A stretch of 64,000 nucleotides of DNA from Eledone cirrhosa (taxonomy: Eukaryota). The notes under the pieces are model-generated. The model worked only from the letters and a program-made list of their open reading frames with translations, was not told the DNA's origin and searched no databases. The stretch is taken from positions 306,342,001-306,406,000 of the forward strand of contig OZ024740.1 of the NCBI GenBank assembly GCA_964016885.1, read 5' to 3'. Positions 38,593 through 52,820 of this stretch are shown piece after piece (the stretch's first letter is position 1; each line of letters begins with the position of its first letter). The position numbers and the translations under genes were made by a program.

Positions 38593-40424
38593 TTACGATT
38601 CTGAGCGCAATGCTCTAATCACTAAGCCACATGCCTTTACAATGTTCATGTATAAGATGCCATTATCATTATTGTTGTTTGTTCAGAACTACCATAAAAG
38701 GGATTCCAACTTTGACTATTCCAGGATTTTTTAAATATATATTGATAACTACATTATCTAATGTGTTCTTTTTAAAAGAGAGTAGGTTATTATTTGAGGA
38801 AGTAGATTTAGTAGATTTAACATTTTTTAAAATATATTGATAACTACATTATCTAATGTGCATTTTTAAAACGACAGTAGGTTGTGATATGAGGAAGATT
38901 TGGTTGCTATTTCTAGTAGATTTAGCAATTACATAGAAGCTCCTTTGTTGGCTTGTGTAATCATTATTATTGTTTTGTATGGTAGAGAAAAGATGAGGTG
39001 GAAAATTTGAGTCTCTCTGGGTGTTGATAAGACAGTGACATGTTTGGGCAGACTTTTCATGCTAACACCAACATGAATGGAGTAGATAGCCAGTCTAATT
39101 AATAACTACACCATTGATTCTCTTTCAAAACAGAAGATAAAGAGATGAAAGGAAATCTTTCTGATAGAATGATTGTAATTAAATACACAACATAATCGTG
39201 TATTGGTAACAAGTTAAGAATTTCCCACTGAAATTATTCAATAGAATGGAATGGACCTCCTTTGGTTTTGACAATGAGTGTTCCAGTTGTTTAACTAATG
39301 GAGCAGCCTACTCATGTAAGTGACTGAGTATTCCACAAAGATTTGCACTCTTAACATAATTCTCAGGGAGATTCAGTGAGACATAATATGGCTCTTTGAA
39401 TTACAGGAACTTGAGGGGCTTCCAAACAGTTTCTGTTTACCCAATTTTATATATAAGGCATCTATTGATTTGTAGCTTTTGTAAATGACATTTTCCCAAG
39501 ATGCCAGGCAGTGTGATTGAACCTAGGACCTAATTATTGTGAAGAAAACTTCTAAACCTTTCAGCCATGCTGCATCCACAATCATTCAATATTCACTAAG
39601 TCAGGTGAAGTAATTTGTGATTAGACTCAATATCTTCCACTCTAATTATTCTCTGGTCACATTTGAATTAGGTGAACAAGTATAGAAGGTTTTTTTAGGT
39701 TATACTTGACATATCCAATTACTACAAATCAAATAACCAAATTTGAATCAAGTAAGCAACATAAGAAACATTATATGAAGTGAAACATGGACAATGACTG
39801 CAGAGGACATGCATAGTCTAGAGAGAAATGAAGCAGCCATGCTCTGTTGGTTGTGCAATGTAAATGTGAGAGAAAGGCAGAGCTTGGAAGAACTGAGGTG
39901 GTGTGCAGGATAAGGGCTGTAATTATATGCTGTAAAACATGTTGCCCGACACTCTACCGATACTGTCAATCCACCACCCTAATAATAATTGTTTCTATTT
40001 TTGGCACAAGACCAGCAATTATCCCAGTGCATTACTGGTGCTTTATTTTATTGATCCCGTAAGGATGAAAGGCAAAGTTAACCTTGGCGGGATAAGAACT
40101 CAGACTGTAAAGGGTTGTAACTCCATGTTGCAAAGCATGGCGTCTGATCCTCTACTGATACTGCCAATCCATTCCATTTTGCTATGTTACCATGATCTCT
40201 GGCATTATGCAGTAATACGGAAGACCCACCATTCCATGTACATGGGTTGAGGCATACATCAAGTATGCACCACTCTCCTCCCCATTACCCCTCCCATACA
40301 CCTCCTACGTTGTTACACCCCCACCCATGTCTTAACACTCAACCCCCATCCCAACACCCTACCCTTCACCCATGCCCTTAGATCTACCTCCCAAATCCCC
40401 ATGCACTCCGCCACCCAAGTCCCT

Positions 40425-41130
40425 AGCCCACACAGTAAAGTGGTAATGTAGGTGTCACAACAAAAAGTGTCCAGTCTACACCTAAAGTGGTCATGTAGAT
40501 GTCATGACAAAAAGTATGCAGCCCACTCTGTAAAATGGTTATGTAGGTGTCACGACAAAAAACACCCAGTCCACACAGTAAAGTGGTTGTCTAGGTGCTA
40601 CGACAAAAAGCACCAAGTTCATACAGTAAAGTGGTTGGGTAGGTCTCCCAACAAAAAGCACCCAGTATACACTGTAAAGTGGTCATGTAGGTGTCACAAC
40701 AAAAAGCACCTAGCCCACACTATAAAGTGGTCATGTAGGTGTCACAACAAAAAGAACCCACCCAACACTATAAAGTGGTCATGAAGGTGTCACAACAAAA
40801 AGAACCCACCCAACACTGTAAAGTGGTCATGTAGGTGTCACAACAAAAAGTATCCAGTCCACACTATAAAGTGGTAATTTTGGTAACACAACAAAAAGCA
40901 CCCAGTACACACTGTAAAGTGGCTGTAGGTGTCATGTCAAAAAGCACCCTGTACATACTGTAAATGTGGTTGAGGTTAGGAAAGGCATCCAGCTGTAGAA
41001 ACCAAGCGAAAATCAGTTCTATATGAGCAAGACATGGGCATCTGACCTGGCTTGTCTCACAATGGGACAGCTTGTCTAACCCATGCTAGTGTGGAAAATG
41101 GACGTTAAACGATGATGATAATGATGATTA
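40425..41130 (+). mobile_element. Family A-type SINE with ~11 divergent internal ~48-bp units
   Basis: Tandem cacactgtaaagtggtcatgtaggtgtcacaacaaaaagcacccag units, then the common tail. Confidence 0.88.
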
Positions 41131-42060
41131 TGTGAAAGTAAGACACCATTTTAAATGTTTCCTTATGCAGTGAACCAACCAGAAAGAGGGACAGAGGAGA
41201 AGGTGTTAGTTTCCACCCAAATTATAAATATACACATAGAAAGGAAGCAGAATAATTATTATTTGGAGACTGAATACTGTGCCCCACAAGGAGGAAAGTA
41301 AAGTCAACTCCAGCAAGATTTGAACTCAGAACATAAAGGGACATAACTAAATACTGCAATTGTACAGAAACATACAGTACAGAATTGTATCATTTCAGTC
41401 AAGAAGACACATAGCTTAATGGTTAGGGTGTTCGTTTTCCAATTGTAAGGTCATGAGTTCAATTCCCAGCAGCACAGCATGTTCTTCAGCAAGGCACTTT
41501 AGTTCGCATTTCCCCAATCTATTCAGCTAGCAAAAATGAGTTATAACTTTAATTCAAAGGAGCAGCCTTGTCACACAGTGTATCACATTGAATCTCCCTG
41601 GGAATTGCATTAAAGATACACATGTCTGTGGAATACTCAGCAACTTGTAAGTTGATTTCATGAACAGACTGTTTGAACAACTGGAATACTCATTATCGGA
41701 ACAAACATAGGTCGAAATAATACATAATTTCTTTCAATTTTCTTTAACATTCTAGACATTAGTGACTTTTTTTTTTTTACATTAACACATGGTTAAAGAT
41801 TTGTTAGGCAAGAGTATAATCAAATGAATTGCTACCAAGTTTATCAATCCAAGAGGGACATCAAGGAAAGACAACTCCAGTGGAATTTGAATTCAGAAAA
41901 TAAAGGTACATAACTAAATACTACAAAGTATTTATAGTTAAGTAGTTAGTTATGTTACCTGTCACAAGCAGCAACTTAAGACTGACAGTCATAAACTAAC
42001 TAGAGATAGCAGTCGGCTAGGTGTACAGGATTGCAAAATACATACTAACACATTAGTTAT

Positions 42061-42098
<38 letters not shown>

Positions 42099-42109
42099 TC
42101 ATACACCCT

Positions 42110-42395
42110 CTAACTCTCTAATGTCTCAAGCCAGAAGGCTTTCAGGCAAGTGTTTATCTCGGTTTCGTGGCGTGAAGCGACTGAGAGTACAAGACTTCCC
42201 CCTAGGCAGGATGCCAGTCCATCGCAGGGTTAAACGCCTAGCTATTGCTGGTACTTATTTTCAGCTGAGTATACTGGAGCAATGTGAAATGAATTGTTTT
42301 ACTCAAGAACACAACACACAACCCAGTCCAGGAATCAAACCAATGACATTATGATCATAAGTCCAACACCTTTACCACTAGGGCACGTTCCTCCA
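42110..42395 (-). mobile_element. tRNA-derived SINE family D
   Basis: Minus strand A-box CCTAGTGG, B-box GGTTTGATTCC, central CCCTGCGATGGACTGGCATCC motif. Confidence 0.75.
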
Positions 42396-42462
42396 CAACA
42401 TAGACCTAGCTACCAATCCTTAGCAAACAATCCACAACTATCCTCAAAGGTACTTATCATAC

Positions 42463-42553
42463 CAACACAGCTTTATAAACTTCAAAATAGTCCAATGGAA
42501 TGAATTCCACGAAGAAACAGAATCAAGGTTTTCAGAATTCAACATGAAAATTT
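42463..42553 (-). other. Candidate 91-nt minus-strand exon
   Basis: ttttttgttAG acceptor and TG|GTATGA donor; unique sequence between repeats. Confidence 0.35.
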
Positions 42554-42564
42554 CTAACAAAAAA

Positions 42565-45450
42565 CTATAGATACATATTACACAACATCAAAATATACCC
42601 CAAAAAGTATAGATACATATTACACAACATCAAAAGATACCCCAAAAAGTATAGATACATATTACAAAACATCAAAATATACCCCAAAAAGTATAGATAC
42701 ATATTACACAACATCAAAATATACCCCAAAAAGTATAGATACATATTACACAACATCAAAATATACCCCAAAAAGTATAGATACATATTACACAACATTA
42801 AAATATACAACAAAAAGTATAGATACATATTACACAACATTAAAATATACCCCAAAAAGTATAGATACATATTACACAACATCAAAATATACCCCAAAAA
42901 GTATAGATACATATTACACAACATCAAAATATACCCCAAAAAGTATAGATACATATTACACAACATCAAAATATACCCCAAAAAGTATAGATACATATTA
43001 CACAACATCAAAATATACCCCAAAAAGTATAGATACATATTACACAACATCAAAATATACCCCAAAAAGTATAGATACATATTACACAACATTAAAATAT
43101 ACCCCAAAAAGTATAGATACATATTACACAACATCAAAATATACCCCAAAAAGTATAGATACATATTACACAACATTAAAATATACAACAAAAAGTATAG
43201 ATACATATTACACAACATCAAAATATATCCCAAAAAGTATAGATACATATTACACAACATTAAAATATACAACAAAAAGTATAGATACATATTACACAAC
43301 ATCAAAATATACCCCAATATTACACAACATTAAAATATACCCCAAAAAGTATAGATACATATTACACAACATCAAAATATACAACAAAAAGTATAGATAC
43401 ATATTACACAACATCAAAATATACAACAAAAAAGTATAGATACATATTACACAACATCAAAATATACCCCAAAAAGTATAGATACATATTACACAACATC
43501 AAAATATACCCCAAAAAGTATAGATACATATTACACAACATTAAAATATACAACAAAAACTATAGATACATATTACACAACATCAAAATATACCCCAAAT
43601 ACTATAGATACATATTACACAACATTAAAATATACAACAAAAACTATAGATACATATTACACAACATCAAAATATACCCCAAATACTATAGATACATATT
43701 ACACAACATTAAAATATACAACAAAAAGTATAGATACATATTACACAACATCAAAATATACCCCCAAAACTATAGATACATATTACACAACATCAAAATA
43801 TACCCCAAATACTATAGATACATATTACACAACATCAAAATATACAACAAAAAGTATAGATACATATTACACAACATTAAAATATTCAACAAAAAAAGTA
43901 TAGATACATATTACACAACATTAAAATATTCAACAAAAAGTATAGATACATATTACACAACATCAAAATATACAACAAAAAAAGTATAGATACATATTAC
44001 ACAACATTAAAATATACAACAAAATAAATATAGATACATATTACACAACATTAAAATATTCAACAAAAAGTATAGATACATATTACACAACATCAAAATA
44101 TACAACAAAAAGTATAGATACATATTACACAACATTAAAATATTCAACAAAAAAAGTATAGATACATATTACACAACATTAAAATATACAACAATAAAAG
44201 TATAGATACATATTACACAACATTAAAATATACAACAAAAAGTATAGATACATATTACACAACATTAAAATATACAACAAAAAAGTATAGATACATATTA
44301 CACAACATTAAAATATTCAACAAAAAGTATAGATACATATTACACAACATTAAAATATACAACAAAAAAAGTATAGATACATATTACACAACATTAAAAT
44401 ATACAACAATAAAAGTATAGATACATATTACACAACATTAAAATATACAACAAAAAAGTATAGATACATATTACACAACATTAAAATATACAACAAAAAA
44501 AGTATAGATACATATTACACAACATTAAAATATACAACAATAAAAGTATAGATACATATTACACAACATTAAAATATACAACAAAAAGTATAGATACATA
44601 TTACACAACATTAAAATATACAACAAAAAGTATAGATACATATTACACAACATTAAAATATACAACAAAAAAGTATAGATACATATTACACAACATTAAA
44701 ATATACAACAAAAAAAGTATAGATACATATTACACAACATCAAAATATACAACAAAAAAAGTATAGATACATATTACACAACATTAAAATATACAACAAA
44801 AAAAGTATAGATACATATTACACAACATTAAAATATACAACAAAAAAAGTATAGATACATATTACACAACATCAAAATATACAACAAAAAAAGTATAGAC
44901 ACATATTACACAACATCAAAATATACAACAAAAAAAGTATAGATACATATTACACAACATTAAAATATACAACAAAAAAAGTATAGATACATATTACACA
45001 ACATCAAAATATACAACAAAAAAAGTATAGATACATATTACACAACATCAAAATATACAACAAAAAGTATAGATACATATTACACAACATTAAAATATAC
45101 AACAAAAAGTATAGATACATATTACACAACATCAAAATATACCCTAAAAAGTATAGATACATATTACACAACATCAAAATATACAACAAAAAAAGTATAG
45201 ACACATATTACACAACATCAAAATATACAACAAAAAAAGTATAGATACATATTACACAACATCAAAATATACAACAAAAAAAGTATAGATACATATTACA
45301 CAACATTAAAATATACAACAAAAAGTATAGATACATATTACACAACATTAAAATATACAACAAAAAGTATAGATACATATTACACAACATTAAAATATAC
45401 AACAAAAAAAGTATAGATACATATTACACAACATTAAAATATACAACAAA
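42565..45450. repeat. 42-44 bp AT-rich minisatellite
   Basis: Unit gtatagatacatattacacaacat(c/t)aaaatatac(ccc/aac)aaaaa with a variable A-run. Confidence 0.98.
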
Positions 45451-45549
45451 ATAAATATAGAAAATAGACGTAAAGACGGAGGTGATGATGATATGTGCGT
45501 ATATACACAAATATGTATATATAGACCATGTGTGTATATATGTATATAA

Positions 45550-45977
45550 CATCCAGCTCACACTGTAAAGTGATCATGTAGGTGGCACGACAAAAAGCAC
45601 CCAGCCCATAGTGTAAAGCACTCAACATACACTGTCAATGTGGTTGGTATTAGGAAGGGCATCCAGCCGTAGAAAACCAGCCCCAAAAGCACCCAACCCA
45701 CACTGTAAAGTGGTTGTGTAGGTGTCACGGCAAAAAGCACCCAGCACACACTGTAAAGTGGACATGTATAAGACATAACAGAAAGCACTCAGCACACTCT
45801 GTCAATGTGGTTGGTGTTATGAAGGGCATCCAGCCGTACAAAACCAGCCAGAAACACTCGTATATGAGTGAGACACGGTCGCCCAACCCAACTTGCCTCT
45901 AAATTGGACCCGTCTAACCCATGCTAGCATGGAACATATACGTTAATCGATGATGATGATGATGATGATGATGATGA
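45550..45977 (+). mobile_element. Family A-type SINE separating the two AT-rich arrays
   Basis: aaaaagcacccag units and a gtctaacccatgctagcatgga...(gat)n tail. Confidence 0.85.
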
Positions 45978-45979
45978 TC

Positions 45980-48900
45980 CATTACACAACATCAAAATAT
46001 ACAACAAAATAAATATAGATGATCCATTACACAACATTAAAATATACAACAAAATAAGTATAGATGCATATCACACAACCTTAAAATGTACAAAATATGT
46101 ACAGATACATATTACACATTAAAATGTACAAAATATGTATAGATATATATCACACAACATTAAAATGTATAACAAAATATGTATAGATGTATATTACACA
46201 ACATTAAAATGTATAACAAAATATGTATAGATGTATATTACACAACATTAAAATGTATAACAAAATATGTATAGATGTATATTACACAACATTAAAATGT
46301 ATAACAAAATATGTATAGATGTATATTACACAACATTAAAATGTATAACAAAATATGTATAGATGTATATCACACAACATTAAAATGTATAACAAAATAT
46401 GTATAGATGTATATTACACAACATTAAAATGTATAACAAAATATGTATAGATGTATATTACACAACATTAAAATGTATAACAAAATATATATAGATGTAT
46501 ATCAGACAACATTAAAATGTATAACAAAATATGTATAGATGTATATCAGACAACATTAAAATGTATAACAAAATATGTATAGATGTATATCACACAACAT
46601 TAAAATGTATAACAAAATATGTATAGATGTTTTTCAGACAACATTAAAATGTATAACAAAATATGTATAGATGTATATCACATAACATTAAAATGTATAA
46701 CAAAATATGTATAGATGTATATCAGACAACATTAAAATGTATAACAAAATATGTATAGATGTATATCACACAACATTAAAATGTATAACAAAATATGTAT
46801 AGATGTATATCACACAACATTAAAATGTATAACAAAATATGTATAGATGTATATCACACAACATTAAAATGTATAACAAAATATGTATAGATGTATATCA
46901 CACAACATTAAAATGTATAACAAAATATGTATAGATGTATATCAGACAACATTAAAATGTATAACAAAATATGTATAGATGTATATCACACAACATTAAA
47001 ATGTATAACAAAATATGTATAGATGTATATCACACAACATTAAAATGTATAACAAAATATGTATAGATGTATAGCACACAACATTAAAATGTATAACAAA
47101 ATATGTATAGATGTATATCACACAACATTAAAATGTATAACAAAATATGTATAGATGTATATCACACAACATTAAAATGTATAACAAAATATGTATAGAT
47201 GTATATTACACAACTTTAAAATGTATAACAAAATATGTATAGATGTATATCACACAACATTAAAATGTATAACAAAATATGTATAGATGTATATCAGACA
47301 TTAAAATGTATAACAAAATATGTATAGATGTATATCACACAACATTAAAATGTATAACAAAATATGTATAGATGTATATCACACAACATTAAAATGTATA
47401 ACAAAATATGTATAGATGTATATCACACAACATTAAAATGTATAACAAAATATGTATAGATGTATATCACACAACATTAAAATGTATAACAAAATATGTA
47501 TAGATGTATATTACACAACTTTAAAATGTATAACAAAATATGTATAGATGTATATCACACAACATTAAAATGTATAACAAAATATGTATAGATGTATATC
47601 ACACAACATTAAAGTGTATAACAAAATATGTATAGATGTATATCACACAACATTAAAATGTATAACAAAATATGTATAGATGTATATCAGACATTAAAAT
47701 GTATAACAAAATATGTATAGATGTATATCAGACAACATTAAAATGTATAACAAAATATGTATAGATGTATATCACACAACATTAAAATGTATAACAAAAT
47801 ATGTATAGATGTATATCACACAACATTAAAATGTATAACAAAATATGTATAGATCTATATCACACAACATTAAAATGTATAACAAAATATGTATAGATGT
47901 ATATCACACAACATTAAAATGTATAACAAAATATGTATAGATGTATATCACACAACATTAAAATGTACAAAATATGTACAGATACATATTACACATTAAA
48001 ATGTACAAAATATGTATAGATATATATCACACAACATTAAAATGTATAACAAAATATGTATAGATGTATATTACACAACATTAAAATGTATAACAAAATA
48101 TGTATAGATGTATATTACACAACATTAAAATGTATAACAAAATATGTATAGATGTATATTACACAACATTAAAATGTATAACAAAATATGTATAGATGTA
48201 TATTACACAACATTAAAATGTATAACAAAATATGTATAGATGTATATCACACAACATTAAAATGTATAACAAAATATGTATAGATGTATATTACACAACA
48301 TTAAAATGTATAACAAAATATGTATAGATGTATATTACACAACATTAAAATGTATAACAAAATATATATAGATGTATATCAGACAACATTAAAATGTATA
48401 ACAAAATATGTATAGATGTATATCAGACAACATTAAAATGTATAACAAAATATGTATAGATGTATATCACACAACATTAAAATGTATAACAAAATATGTA
48501 TAGATGTTTTTCAGACAACATTAAAATGTATAACAAAATATGTATAGATGTATATCACATAACATTAAAATGTATAACAAAATATGTATAGATGTATATC
48601 AGACAACATTAAAATGTATAACAAAATATGTATAGATGTATATCACACAACATTAAAATGTATAACAAAATATGTATAGATGTATATCACACAACATTAA
48701 AATGTATAACAAAATATGTATAGATGTATATCACACAACATTAAAATGTATAACAAAATATGTATAGATGTATATCACACAACATTAAAATGTATAACAA
48801 AATATGTATAGATGTATATCAGACAACATTAAAATGTATAACAAAATATGTATAGATGTATATCACACAACATTAAAATGTATAACAAAATATGTATAGA

Positions 48901-51096
48901 TGTATATCACACAACATTAAAATGTATAACAAAATATGTATAGATGTATAGCACACAACATTAAAATGTATAACAAAATATGTATAGATGTATATCACAC
49001 AACATTAAAATGTATAACAAAATATGTATAGATGTATATCACACAACATTAAAATGTATAACAAAATATGTATAGATGTATATTACACAACTTTAAAATG
49101 TATAACAAAATATGTATAGATGTATATCACACAACATTAAAATGTATAACAAAATATGTATAGATGTATATCAGACATTAAAATGTATAACAAAATATGT
49201 ATAGATGTATATCACACAACATTAAAATGTATAACAAAATATGTATAGATGTATATCACACAACATTAAAATGTATAACAAAATATGTATAGATGTATAT
49301 CACACAACATTAAAATGTATAACAAAATATGTATAGATGTATATCACACAACATTAAAATGTATAACAAAATATGTATAGATGTATATTACACAACTTTA
49401 AAATGTATAACAAAATATGTATAGATGTATATCACACAACATTAAAATGTATAACAAAATATGTATAGATGTATATCACACAACATTAAAGTGTATAACA
49501 AAATATGTATAGATGTATATCACACAACATTAAAATGTATAACAAAATATGTATAGATGTATATCAGACATTAAAATGTATAACAAAATATGTATAGATG
49601 TATATCAGACAACATTAAAATGTATAACAAAATATGTATAGATGTATATCACACAACATTAAAATGTATAACAAAATATGTATAGATGTATATCACACAA
49701 CATTAAAATGTATAACAAAATATGTATAGATCTATATCACACAACATTAAAATGTATAACAAAATATGTATAGATGTATATCACACAACATTAAAATGTA
49801 TAACAAAATATGTATAGATGTATATCACACAACATTAAAATGTATAACAAAATATGTATAGATGTATATCACACAACATTAAAATGTATAACAAAATATG
49901 TATAGATGTATATCACACAACATTAAAATGTATAACAAAATATGTATAGATGTATATCACACAACATTAAAATGTATAACAAAATATGTATAGATGTATA
50001 TCACACAACATTAAAATGTATAACAAAATATGTATAGATGTATATCAGACAACATTAAAATGTATAACAAAATATGTATAGATGTATATCAGACAACATT
50101 AAAATGTATAACAAAATATGTATAGATGTATATCACACAACATTAAAATGTATAACAAAATATGTATAGATGTATATCAGACAACATTAAAATGTATAAC
50201 AAAATATGTATAGATGTATATCAGACAACATTAAAATGTATAACAAAATATGTATAGATGTATATCAGACAACATTAAAATGTATAACAAAATATGTATA
50301 GATGTATATCACACAACATTAAAATGTATAACAAAATATGTATAGATGTATATCAGACAACATTAAAATGTATAACAAAATATGTATAGATGTATATCAC
50401 ACAACATTAAAATGCATAACAAAATATGTATAGATGTATATCACACAACATTAAAATGTATAACAAAATATGTATAGATGTATATCACACAACATTAAAG
50501 TGTATAACAAAATATGTATAGATGTATATCACACAACATTAAAATGTATAACAAAATATGTATAGATGTATATCAGACAACATTAAAATGTATAACAAAA
50601 TATGTATAGATGTATATCACACAACATTAAAATGTATAACAAAATATGTATAGATGTATATCACACAACATTAAAATGTATAACAAAATATGTATAGATG
50701 TATATCACACAACATTGAAATGTATAACAAAATATGTATAGATGTATATCACACAACATTAAAATGTATAACAAAATATGTATAGATGTATATCACACAA
50801 CATTAAAGTGTATAACAAAATATGTATAGATGTATATCACACAACATTAAAATGTATAACAAAATATGTATAGATGTATATCAGACAACATTAAAATGTA
50901 TAACAAAATATGTATAGATGTATATCAGACAACATTAAAATGTATAACAAAATATGTATAGATGTATATCACACAACATTAAAATGTATAACAAAATATG
51001 TATAGATGTATATCACACAACATTAAAATGTATAACAAAATATGTATAGATGTATATCACACAACATTAAAATGTATAACAAAATATGTATAGATG
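45980..51096. repeat. 44-bp AT-rich minisatellite, ~115 copies
   Basis: Unit atgtatagatgtatatcacacaacattaaaatgtataacaaaat; related to the 42-bp unit. Confidence 0.98.
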
Positions 51097-51343
51097 ATGC
51101 GTTACTCAAGGCAACATAAATCATCCGACCCAATTAAACACTTGAAACAGTGAATCTAAGGAAAACACAAGATTGTCTCAAATAAAATACAGTAATACCA
51201 CATACAGCCAAAATAAATCCAGCTTCAAACAACTAAACAAGAAATAGCCAAGAAACTGTAGCAAAATAAACCCCCACTTTATTGGCAGACATTTACATTC
51301 AAACATAAACTACAAAACAAACAGTAAAATACTCTGTAGAGTA

Positions 51344-51696
51344 CTGTATTTCTCAGTGTTGAAGACGCTATATTTTTCCTAAAATAAGTCTTGAAAAATC
51401 TACCATATGTCCTGGAGGCCAAAGGTTGTGTTTCTCCTCATATATTCATATCCTAACCCCAGAGGAAAATCATCTATGCTAGACAGTAATCTGAACCCTC
51501 ATATGACCTGTCAATGAAGTGTATAAATTATACTTAGTTAAAGTAGTAAATAAACAAAATATCGTAAAAAATTAGGTAACAAGACCCGAAGTGCCAGGAC
51601 CTTATTTTTATGTTTATCATTGTTTTTCAAATTTTTGGTTGTCAAAATTGATGTGTGTCCCTGAGGGTGAAGTGTGTTTGATGATGGGAAATACAG
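51344..51696. mobile_element. pogo/Tc2-type MITE, degenerate
   Basis: TA-CTGTATTTC ... GAAATACAG-TA termini. Confidence 0.6.
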
Positions 51697-52050
51697 TAAT
51701 TGGTAACATCAACAAGAATGGTCACATCTCATATCACAATAACAACCTTTAATAATATTGAACACCCATTAATTGCAAACTGAGAGTTCCAGTTGTTCAA
51801 ACCACAGAACAGAACTACATTTCAAAGACACAGAGATCGTTAACATAAATCTCAGGGAAATTAAGTGTGACATTGTGTAAGAAGGGTTGTCTTTTGAATT
51901 ACAGGTACAACTCATTTTTACCAGCTGAGTAGACAGGAGCCATGTGGAATAGTGTCTTGCTCAAAGACACAACATGTCACTTAAGATCATGAGCTGAACA
52001 CCCTAAACACTAGGTCACATGCCTTCACAAACCTTAAATAATATACTCAC

Positions 52051-52124
52051 ACTGAAACATCAAGTCTTTATCAGACATTTCACATTACTCTGGTATACTA
52101 AGACATTTCACAAAAATTACTCAC
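52051..52124 (-). other. Candidate 74-nt minus-strand exon beginning with a donor consensus
   Basis: Acceptor tttccttgttttctttgtgtgggttttAG (52126-52125) immediately followed by GTGAGT; second GTGAGT donor at 52050-52045; stops in all three frames. Confidence 0.45.
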
Positions 52125-52786
52125 CTAAAACCCACACAAAGAAAACAAGGAAATGAACTTATCTTAATGATTTTATAATGATGATTGACTAATTCAGGAC
52201 CACCAAACAAACTATTAATTTTTTTTTCATATTTAAACAAAGATTTTTATGTTAACTGTATTTTACAAATGATGGAAAATAATAAAATGGATAAAAATAT
52301 AATTAAGTAACAAAAAAGGGGGAAGGTGTAAAGAAGGACAGATCTGGCTGTATAGGAAAGGAAAGGACTATAAATGCCATAAATGAAAGGAAAAGGAGGG
52401 AAAGAGCAAGGACTATAGGAAAAGGGCAAGGGCTAATAGGCAAAAAAGAAAGAGAGAGAGAAAGGGTGAGGGTGAAAGACTCTACACCTAGGTCAGGAGA
52501 GTGTTTCAGCTGCACCCCACAGGCAAAACAGCAAAGGTATTTCTGTGGACTATGGCCAGACATTGAACAAGTTTATGGGGATGTGTTGATGTAAGATTCA
52601 GAAGTGCCTAGCCAAAAATTATAGTTTCTGTCTATTCCACTCCTGATCAGTTATTAATCCATCGATAGCTGATATCTAGTGTCCACTGAAATAGTTCAGT
52701 ATTGAAGTTCTACAAGGAGAGGAGGGTAGAAAAAGAAAGGTTTAAAAAGTAAGGGGTTGCTAGGCAAGGGAGGGGGAATATATATA

Positions 52787-52820
<34 letters not shown>

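Noticed and set aside
40425-40970. CRISPR-like appearance of repeat plus variable segment (also 28920-29270 and 24735-25535)
   Set aside because: The 'spacers' are homologous to each other, there are no cas genes and the context is eukaryotic. These are diverged tandem repeats.
42565-43317. 250-aa hydrophobic repeat ORF
   Set aside because: Translation of the 42-bp minisatellite.
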